Below, one piece after another: positions 50,142-61,000 of a DNA stretch of 64,000 nt (position 1 is the stretch's first letter; each line of letters opens with the position of its first letter). Source of the stretch: Paraspadella gotoi (taxonomy: Eukaryota > Animalia > Chaetognatha). A model generated the notes under the pieces. It was not told the origin of the DNA, did not search any database, and saw nothing but the letters and a program-made list of their open reading frames with translations. A program made the translations under genes and the position numbers. The stretch lies in assembly GCA_051294375.1 (NCBI GenBank), contig CM119270.1:16635424-16699423 (forward strand). The letters are read 5' to 3'.

Positions 50142-50330
50142 ATGAATAAATACGACGAGCCTAAACTAAAAAATAAAAATTACTAAACTTTCTCCATTTC
50201 ATCGTAACACTAGTTACGAACGTCAGACCCNNNNNNNNNNNNNNNNNNNNNNNNNAGGTCAGAGTGAGAGACCTGAGAGAACAGAGAGAGAGAGCGACAG
50301 TGAACTGAGAGACGAGCAGCGAAAGAGAGA
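47925..50330. repeat. ~1.05 kb direct tandem duplication (47925-48960 versus 48961-50050) next to the 25-N gap 50231-50255
   Basis: Both units start aaaagagagagaatctctctcttcactctc; the second is indel-rich; aggtcagag...gagacctgagagaac recurs on both sides of the gap. Confidence 0.88.
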
Positions 50331-52099
50331 GAGAGAGAGACTTGAAAGACGAGACGAGGAGAAGCGAGAAGAGAGAGCCCTACGAGACTGAGACGACGGA
50401 GATAGCCCGAACGAGAGAGATGATGACGATGAGGAGACGAGAGAGAGAGAGCGATGAAGAGAAGCAGAAGGACCGAAGAGAGAGATCGAGGAAGAGGAGG
50501 ACCCTGATGATCTACCTATAAAAATGACTATTCACTTTAAGCATTTGCCATTGGCTGATTCTGACCCCGGGATTTTCATGGACATTCGGCCTTCTTACAT
50601 ATTATAATATAAAATAAAGAACCTTATCTGCAAGAGACTGTGCAGGCTCAAACGCCAAGAAAGCCCCAACTCATACTAGATGGAGTGTGGTTTTAGTGAA
50701 TTTTTGAATCTAAGATCTGCCAATTAGAGAAAGAAAGTAGCCCTAATAGAGAGACATTTCCGGATTTAGAGAATATTACAACTGCTCAGGTCCTTGCAAA
50801 AGTGAAACGGAGGTGTTGGGTCTTTAAATTGAATAATTTAAATTCCAAACCCGACGGCAGCGCATTATTAACCTTTCTCCCTAACTGGCAACGCTGTGTT
50901 TACTCAAAATGCTTCTCTCTATATACATTTTTTACAAGAACTTGCCTTTTTTAAGATGGATAACTCAGACATATTGTAATTTCGGACATCTAAATACTTC
51001 CAATAAATATATAATGCCCAGTCAGTTTCCAGGCCCTGCCAACTCTTCAAATTCAGCTGTAGAAATTCATTTATAGCCATCGAATATTACTTTAACCATC
51101 TATTAACTGCAAGATTTATGAATTCATGCACTAGAGCCAAAAAACCACAGACATTTTACTAACTTTCTCCATTTCATCTTATCAACACTTAAGTTTACGA
51201 ACGTTTTAGCACCCAAACACACGTACGATCGACGACCGGAAGACAACGACGCAAAACACCGACGACCAATACGCCCACCCCTCGTATCAGCGTTAAAGTT
51301 CTTAACTCCTATAACCCCGATAGTTGGTTTTTAGATTCATGCACTCTTGGATCGTAATAACTAAAACCATGGATAGGATGATTCCATATAAATGCACCCA
51401 ATACCTGTAACTTGCCCTCTACCAAATGATATTATATCGTTTACCCGACGACTTCCGACGTTCCGCAATTGTTTGTTAACCGACCTTCCTAGATCCAAGA
51501 TCCTATGGCCTGTAACTATCTCCCTCACACTTTGCAGAAAACAAATCTTACGATAACATTGACTGCGGCACGAAATATTTAAATTTGAATTTAACCCCAC
51601 CAAAGTTGATAAATAAGAAAAGTAGCGAGTTAACAAATGTATTGTGAGTATTTAGCCCGCAGACATTATGAAAAATAGAGAAGGAAAGAGATAAAGAAAT
51701 TGATTAGAAACAGAGAATGTTTATTACAGTATTAACATATACAGATAAGAAGATTTAGGTTTTTTTTGGTGCTCGGTAATGGTGAAGATCGAGAAAGAAT
51801 GAAACAGAAAAAGAATATAATGCTTTTTCCTACGAAAATAGATATTAGCGGTCGAAACACAATCGAAAGTGAGATATCGCTATTGCTTATGAAGAAACTG
51901 GAAGAATGAAGCTATATCCTGCTGTAAAAATTGACAGGAAAAATAAAATTACGGCCTCACAGAAGACATAATATTATTTGATTAGATCAGGCAAGGCTCG
52001 CATGACGAGGAGCTTTCTATGGCAAGCGAGCAACCAAATGGTGTCGAGTAGGCATTATTGAGAACCTACAAGACAGAACTCTTTCTTACGTTAACGTAC

Positions 52100-53840
52100 C
52101 TTCCTTGCCAGACAGCCCAGGATCAAGCATCAGTTCCAAAGAGGTATGTAAATAGACATATACAAGCACGAGATGAATGATCGAAGAGTATATATCTGAA
52201 TTAATGATATCAAGAAAATGCAAAGAAAAGAAAGAAAAGATCTATAGTAAAAAAAGTATTCAAGAAGCAAAGTTAGACAGAAGGATCAGAATCATCTACT
52301 TCAAAAAGGCAAAAGTGATAAGACAAGTGGAAAAGAAAAGAAGAGAAAGAAATATTTTCACTTACCATATAAAAATAAGCTGTAATTCATTAAACTTATT
52401 TCAATGGTTTTGCAGTAAACATTATTTGTTTAAATTTTTATATAAATACAATTCATTGAAATTCGTGAAATTATTGACCTGCAAGAAAATCAGTATCACG
52501 AGAAAAATTAACTTGCTAAATTCAGATATAATTTTCTATAATCAATACACAGATAAAAACAATTGCCTACGGAATAGTACATTTATTTTGAAAAAAAAAA
52601 ACAGATATAAGCCATAAACAGTCATAAAACATTCCAGAGTGCAGACTCCGCTAGTTCCTCAACAACAACAACAACAACCATCGCGCTAACACGAAACTAA
52701 ATCTACCAGAACTATACTAATTTGCGTTCCGTCATCCGCAAATTTGTAATTACTCCCCTCTCGCGCAGCAGCTTCCCCCTGTTTCACTACCTCCTCGTGA
52801 CTTCCTACTCACATTTACATTCCCCCTCGCTCCGCGCCGACCTTGTCCGCCCGCCCCTTGATCGACATCCGCATCAACATGCAGCGACCTTGCCAGTGCT
52901 TCTTCTTCTGTCGCATGAGACATATGTTGCACTCTCCGAGCTGAGTCTGCGTTTGAATCTCGATCCCTGAATTCGTTCTCTGCGTATCATTCTGGCAATT
53001 TGTCCGTATTCTTCGTTCTCCGAGTGACGCCACTCCCTCGTAGGCCAATAACGAGAATTTCGACATTTCGTGCTGTATTCGCAATATCCGCGCCTTCAGT
53101 TTCGGGCGCTGTGGATCTTTCGGTTGACGGCGTAGCTGGCTGGAGATAGCTACGTTACTTTGAGCGCTCAGTTAGTACCCGTCGGCTGGAGTTGGAGGGT
53201 GGAATGACGATAGTATAGTTAATAGTTCGATCGATAATATAATAAAGCCAGATTTTCCATAACGCTCTTGCCTATCAGCTTTCCGTTGGTGCCACAGTTG
53301 GATGTCATTTAAACCCTCGTCGTCAATAATAAGTAAGTACTGCCATGTGATGCGCGCTTTGATTTATTATCTTTTACATACTTCGATTTATTCGTTTGCC
53401 GAAGTGTTTAGTGTTGCACCACTTTTCCCTTCAGAACCAGTTAGAGGCAGAATTTCAATTCCCCATAGCCCGTGCAAAACAACCGGGCTGTCTTCAATAC
53501 AAAAATGAGCCAGCTTAGCAGCAATTGTCTAAGCATATAACAAAATGAAACATTTTCTTGTCGTCCCTTGATTGCCCAAGTATTTATAATAAGCCGTCGC
53601 CCAATTATATCAACATACCGCACCCAGTGAGCCAAAAATAGTTTAAATATCAGATAATATCAAGAAAGCTCGTGACTTCCATTTGTTTTTCCAAATTCAA
53701 TCGATGATTTAGTTACTATATTACTATCCAAATAAATACCCTGCCAAACTTTTACTATTAAATTTGCTTGCAGGAACGTCTTGTTCCGGCTTTCTTACCT
53801 TCAAACTTCAATATTTAATTCAAAATAGCTCCGCCCGAAA
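52100..53840. other. Indel-rich direct copy of the TRPA 3' end region (~54000-55290); probable artefact, alternatively a decayed duplicate
   Basis: Collinear matches (acattccagagtgcagactcc, gtcatttaaaccctcg, gcaggaacgtcttgttccggc) with many insertions and no intact frame. Confidence 0.75.
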
Positions 53841-54161
53841 TACCTGTTACCCACGTAGTATCTCTATCTCCTTAAACAACGACGACGACGACGAAGACAA
53901 CGACGAAAACTACGACGACAATGCACCCTCGGGAAATCTACTCAGTGTTGAACGACAGGATTATAAAACATGGATGGATTCAAAGGATTAACCCACAAAT
54001 GATTCGTCGACGTCGAATGTTTTGACGACTTCATCCAGCGATCGATCGAGGAGAAATTTGAATTTGAATTTAAATCCATCTATTGAAGAGAAAGAGAGAA
54101 AAAGAGAAAGAGAGAAAGAGAGAAAGAGATAAAGAAAGAAAGAAAGAAAGAAGAGAAAGAG

Positions 54162-54248
<87 letters not shown>

Positions 54249-54629
54249 AGAGAAAGAAAATTCTTACCAAAAAAATAACTGTAATTCATAAACTTATTTG
54301 CAATTTTCAGTACATTTTTGTTAATATTAAATAAAGATGAAATTCTTATTGAATATTACGATGAAATTATTGAGCCTGCAAGAAAATAAGTATCACGAGA
54401 AAAATTACTTGCTAAATCATTAATTTTCAAATGAAAACAATAAAACAATTGCTACGGAATATACATTTTATTTTGAAAAAAAAAAAGACTAATAAGCTAA
54501 CAGGCATAAAACATTCCAGAGTTGCAGACTCCCGAGTCTCAACAACAACAACAACAACCATCGCGCAACGAACAAATTCTACCAACTAACATGCGTTCCG
54601 AATATTCCCCCCCCCCCAATCTTCCCCCG

Positions 54630-55067
54630 CTACATGTATTCCTTCAAACATTCCCCCGGCGCGACCTTGTCCGCGCCGACGGCGATCAACATCGCGTTCA
54701 TCTTCTTCTGCATGAGGACGATGTTGTCGTGCGTCTGGTTGATTCGATCCATCGTCGCGATCATTTGGATTTCCTTCTCGTTCTCCGAGACCCACTCCCC
54801 GTGGCCGTCGACGGCGTTCAGTTTGGCGCTGATCTTTCGGGCGGCGTCGGTGGAGATGGCGAGGCCGAGGCGTCGGCTGGAGTGGAGGGTGGAATGAATG
54901 ATAGAAAGGCGATGTATGATAGATTCCAAGACGGGTGCCAAGTTGGATGTCATTTTAAACCCTCGTGTAAAAATACTTTGATGCGGCTTGATTTTTTTCA
55001 TATTTATTTATTCGTTTGTTTGTTAATTTTCCCTCATGAAGGCAATATCACCATAGCCGAAACACGT
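54630..55067 (-). CDS. TRPA-like channel terminal exon with coiled-coil-like tail; 5' boundary uncertain
   Basis: GC-rich, codon-like ORF 54630-55001 ending ...QMIATMDRINQTHDNIVLMQKKMNAMLIAVGADKVAPGECLKEYM*. The best acceptor (TTTTTTATGACAG| at 55068) does not join in frame as assembled, suggesting indel errors or a weaker acceptor near 54976. Confidence 0.65.
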
Positions 55068-58000
55068 CTGTCATAAAAAATGGCTGAAATTGTTGAAACA
55101 AAAATCTTTTTATCGTCCTTGATTGCATATTTATCGTATCACATCGTAAAATATTTATCAGAATATTCGAGCCGTTTCATTTGTTTTCAAATTCAACATG
55201 ATTTAGCTACTGACAAATAAAATACCCAAACTTACTTAAATTTGTTGCAGGACGTCTTGTTCGGCTTCACCTCAAACCTTCCGCCGAATCCGCCCATTTC
55301 GCACTCCCCGTTGTCGATGTTCCACAGTTTGAAGTACAACCACTTTTGCATGAAGTGGGGCATGTTGTACTGGAAATCCAGAAGGGAATTGACTCTGGAC
55401 CGGAGCTTCTTGATCTCGGCGATTTCCATGATGGCGCCGATGTCGCCGACCGCGAGACCGAGGAGGAGATTCATGATGATTATGGGCATCACGACGAGGA
55501 AGACCAAAAAGTAGAACGTGGTGAGAACCTGTGAAGAGTGAAGGTATTGAAGTGAATCAGAGCGACGTTACGGCAGTTGGACACAAACAGTAAGATCAAT
55601 AAATTAACTGTTACAACGGAATTATATACTATAGGTTCTTAACTACCCTGCCCTCGTGCGCTATATATTTCAAAAGTGCCCATTTATAGCTTAAATTTAG
55701 AATAAAGTAAGTTTTTAAGTTTAAATATTAGGTTATGGGTTAGGGATTAAGGGATTAAAGTAAGGAATGGGTTAAAACTATATTTGGTAAAATATTCGGG
55801 TTAAATATTTTAGTAGAAATTAAGTTCAGGGATTAGCAACAGAAATTGGGCGCTTTTAGAAAACCGTGCCGTACCTGATCCGTCGTCTGTTGTTCTTTGA
55901 AAGCAGCGAAAATGTGTCCATAGTCCAATTCGCCGACGGTCATGACGACGGTCTTCATCAATGAACCAACGGGATCGTCAAAAGACTCCAAAGATCTCTT
56001 GCCTCTCAGCATGGAGTTGAAGGTAAAAGCGAAGCTGACAAAGAAGGGAATCAAGACGATGAAGATCTTGCAGAAGGTCTTCAGCACATGGACGAACATG
56101 GAGACAAAGACTCCGACAAAGGAAAAATCACGCAGTTTCATGGTGACTTTGATCCAAGTGCTGAGAAGGCAGACGCTTCCAATTTGCCATTGCCACGGGC
56201 AGACGAGGTGCTGTTTATGAAAAGTACAGTTTCGATCGAATTTTAAATATAAAAAAAAGCATTATTATTACTTTACCAACCGTTATATGAAATTGGTACA
56301 AGCAATATAAAAATCATCCATTCGTTTAATAAATAAGCTATCTTGCCCTTGACTTTGACAGGCCTTTTGCGTTGGTTTAAGTCCTCATCACTCTTACAAG
56401 ATTAATGACATAGCAGCAGTCTCCTGCAAGCTTTCAATCAAGACTCTCTCACGGTCGAGTTTATTCACTCCAGAGTACCTGGCTTCCCTATCATGAAGTG
56501 GTATAATATTCAAAGAATGTTTCAATTGTATGAAAAGACCACTCCCTTAAGTATTAGATCGGGGAATACTTATTATTGTACTCCGCGCACTAGCATCAAA
56601 AATACAAGGAGCTGAATTTTATGAAATTGGTACAACCAATATAAAAATTATCCATTCATTTAATAAATCAACGCTATCTTGCCCCTGACTTTGGACAGGC
56701 TTTAGTTTATTGGTTTTAAGCTAATTTCGCATGAATATATGTACTCACCATCCCTGGACAATCTTCATTGTTGACCACAAAAAGGATGCTCAACAATGGC
56801 GTGACAACATCGAAAAGATTCTTCAATTCGAAATACTTGAATCGTCGCGTTAGTAACTGCGCCATTTCAATCAGCAGATGAACCCAAGCCAGCGCGAATA
56901 CCGCCCACTGCAGAAGCTCGGGAGAGACGCTTGTAGGGTAGCTCGCTTCGTATTCTCCGCGACACGACCCATTGGGAGCAAAGTAGGGGCAGAGTTCGGT
57001 GCAGTCGGTATAGTTGGTCAGATAAAAATCCCGCAAGCATCCGTAGTCGTGTATGGGCTTCGTGTAGGCAATAAGCAGCGTGATGGTCACCGCATAAGCG
57101 AAACCCACATAAAGGTTTAAAACATACATAAAGCGAAGCACGTTCCACTTGAGATCGAGGAGTGTCGTGACGAGCGGATGTTGGAGCAGCTCGTCACGAT
57201 TCAAATCTACGATCATCATCAAAGGATCGCGGGACTTTTTCAACCAACCCAAGCGCTTGGGAGGTGCAGCAGTGGTGGGTCGGGTGCCCCTCCCACCGAC
57301 GTCCTGATAAATGAAAACAATTTGCAGTCTTAAGATAAGAATTTTTTTAAATAGTTTTTAGTCCATTTTAATAAAGAAAATAAAACTAAATAAGAGCAAC
57401 ATCCCCCCAACAACTGTACTCCTCATCAACACAAACCTCTAAATCTACAAAAGCATCTTCTATCAGCTCATAGTTAAAGATAATGCTGTAGTCAATGTCC
57501 TAAGTGCCGTACATGCTTGTAAAATTCAAACACATTTGTTCATACGGCGGAGCGATCCTTCTTCCGTATCTTTTCAATATTTTTGTATTTTTTATTTTCT
57601 TTCTCTCTACTCCCATATCTTTTTTCTTTTTTTTTTATTTTTTATTTTTTTGCTTTATTTTCCTTTTTTCTTTTTTCCTTTAATTATCTTCTCCGATAGG
57701 CATATTCACCGCTCTTCCTATCGCAATAAATACCTGAGACCTTATGTGTCCCGACTCGTCCACCAAATCCCTCATACCTAGCTACTTCATCCATTCTCTC
57801 TCTCTCTCTTCTCTTCTCTCTCCTCTCTCTCTCTCTCCTCTCGTCTCTTACTTCTCATCGTCTCTCTCTCTCCTCCCCACTCTCCCGTCTTTCCCTCCCC
57901 CGACTCCCTCTCCTATCCCGCAACACAAAAGTTTTTGAATCAGGCTTAACGAAAATTGAATTTAAAAATAATTTCTTTCCATTAAAAATTTGTCTCTAAA

Positions 58001-61000
58001 AAATTTCGCTCCGCGCCGTTCTGCCATATTCTTTTTTTTTATCTTTCGAAGAGTGCGCGGGGAACCGAAGGCGCGAGTAGACCTTCGACTTCTCATAGTT
58101 TTTACAGTCTTTTTAACGTCTTTTCGTTTTCCCTTTACCTCTCAAAATTCGGGCCAGAAGTACCGCATTTTTTTATGTGGCGCGGTGGATGGCGACAGGT
58201 CTGGGGACTCAGATTTGCGCAGGCCGATTTTTGCTTTGCCGTCACCGTGCTCAGCGCTCCAGCTGCGAACGGAGTATGTCAGAGGCAAATGTTTATTGAA
58301 CTCTCGTTCTACTTGTTTACCCTTTCGATAATAGATTTCAATACATGCTTGGACCCAATATGGCTACCGACGCGCAACTCCGTTCACCGCCTTTCGTCAT
58401 CTTAATCCTGCCGTGCGTCGTCTAGTTATGAGTATTGCACGGGCCGCTAATCGTGTCAATCAAGATAAAATAAGTTGATTACCTACGTTTCAGCAACCTC
58501 GGGTTCGATCACTGAACGGCGAGGTTTAAGCGGATACGACATTGTTGCACAATCCCTCGCGTGGGAGAATAAGACATTTGAGTCCAACAAAAGTTATGTA
58601 GCGTTTAATAATAAACGAGAGTGAGTTAGTATCGGGAAAAGTGTCCGTCTATCTAATATATATAGTTAGAATTAGTTAAATTAGTTTAAATTTAGGTATA
58701 CCACCGCACTGCCGTTTAAAAAACTTTAAGCGCAATTTCCAAAATTTCCCTTTTTTTCGCTTTTATTGATGTCTTGCACAGGCGTAATTTTTGTTCGTTT
58801 AAACTTCTCTTATATAATTTTTCTCCCTTGTCTCGTCCGCTCCCATTCCTTGTCTTTTCCTAATTTTTTCCTTTTATCGCAATAGTCGCCCTGCGTTCCT
58901 CCGTATTTCTACCCGTGCTGTCTCCTTCCATCTTTTCCCTCCCCGCATCTTTATCTCCGCTCCCATTACAACACTGCCTCCGGCTTACATTCCCTCCTCT
59001 TTCTCTTCTCGTAGCATCTTAATCTCTAATCTCTCCCTTTCCTACATATAACTCCGCGAACCTCAATCCCTCTCATAATATTCTATAAACATAACGTCTC
59101 ATATGCACTAGCTGGGCTATGTACGTGCGTGTACTCTTTACTTTTATTTTCTATTTTGGAAAAATAAGTTTATACTTTTTTAAAAAATAATTAGTCCAAT
59201 TCTCTTAAAACTTTTTGTAAGGCTACTATAGCAATTATGTAGTTTCTATGTTTCTATCAGCCTACAACGATGGCTCTTCGAATCTTAAAAATGGGCACAA
59301 CTCTGTCGCTAAGTACCAGACCTTCATACATTACTCTCTCGGCCCAACGCCGACCGCCCGCCACGTTCGGCCGCTCCTCTAAGCCCAAAACATCTTGCCA
59401 CCTGGCGGCGGGTAAATCCTAGGCAATTCTGGAACCTCTCGAAACCAAAGCGTCTCTTGGTCTGCTGGCATTGATCTCCATCTGCTCTTTGGAGTACTGT
59501 GCATATTGACTAAATACGAAAACGCCCCTGTAACCGCGCGTCGGACCGACAGTTTCGCATTGAACGTCGCCCGACATTTCTGTTGGACATTGCGCTGCGT
59601 GATACTACGCTAGCCGTGTTATGATCATGATCGGCGAATCAGCATCATTGCATCGGTGGCCCGGCTCGCGTGGGGCGTAGTTTCACCGTGCTAACAGATG
59701 ATTTGGGACCGTGCTATCCGCCGGACAACTCTCCCCTTCCGTCATGAAAACAATGCCGCCTCGCATCATCATACACTTCCCATCGCAAACAAACGACCAA
59801 CTTTCCATGGCATCTCGTCCTCTTCATCCCATCGTCACACGCTTGTAGGCTTATCACCGCGACCGTAACAAGCTGAACAATCCGCCACCGCAATGAACAC
59901 GCTTGCGGATGTGAATGCATTGACTTGCCCTCATCTCAAGCCTCGCGCCTCACTATGTGGCACCTCCCTTGCACTCACAAGTTCTGCACGAAATGATCGC
60001 ATTCACGCGACCGCTTGCACTGCTCTGGCGGCGTTGGTTTTGCGCCGCTATGATTATTGTTCAGTTGCCTTTGTCGTCTCATGCGACGACCGATGCTTTA
60101 TGCGATATCGCCTATCCCTGGCCATATGTGGTGACCTCGCGCGCATCCTTACCCTTTGTCCACATACAGACAGCTCTCTCTACGCATTTCACTGTGGGAC
60201 TCATTCCCAATTTTTTTCTGATAGTCGAAAAAACGGTTCGCTTCCTCGATTCCATGGCGCGTCAGCGCAAATCTTTGACCTCTCAGCCTACTGCTCGCGC
60301 ACCACCCTACATGCCGATTTCTCACGCTTGCAGCAGAAGGATAACGTCATAAGACGTGCCAATTGCTAATTTCCAAGCTAGAAGATATGGGCCAAAGCAT
60401 CACGATACTGGCAGTGACCTAATCTCTTTGTAACTTGCTCGAGATAAGAGGCGATTTCGCGTTTGCTCAAATTCTTTTCTTTTCTCTTAATTCACCTCAA
60501 TCTTTAGTATAATTTAACCCACTCTCTCTTTAAAACCACGTTACCCTATCTTAACGCCCTTCTCCCCTTCTGGCCTCTTGTTGAAATGCTCCTCGGGCAC
60601 ATTGACCACATCTCTGTGCTCTGATCACATTATTGCTCTCCACCAGAACAGCTAGATGCGACATCAACGGCGCAGAGAAGTCCTCGAAAGAACGTGACTT
60701 CAGATGGAACGCATATATGTTCGTCTGTTGGATATGCGCGTTGGAGAACAGTGCTAATTCACCACGGCACGTACAGTGAAGTGGCTTAGAACAGTATACT
60801 TCGCTAATCCTTTAAATTCATACTTAACACCACATTATTCGTTATTATATTTTTTAAACATACTAGCCTATATGTAAACTATTGACCTTATCCTTTTCCC
60901 TGCATTCCAGGATCATTCTCTGGTGCCAGTGGTGCAGTTCTGATCTGCCTATGATACTACCTAGCTTAGACTCTCTCCTCTCTGGTTGGCCACGCCCATG

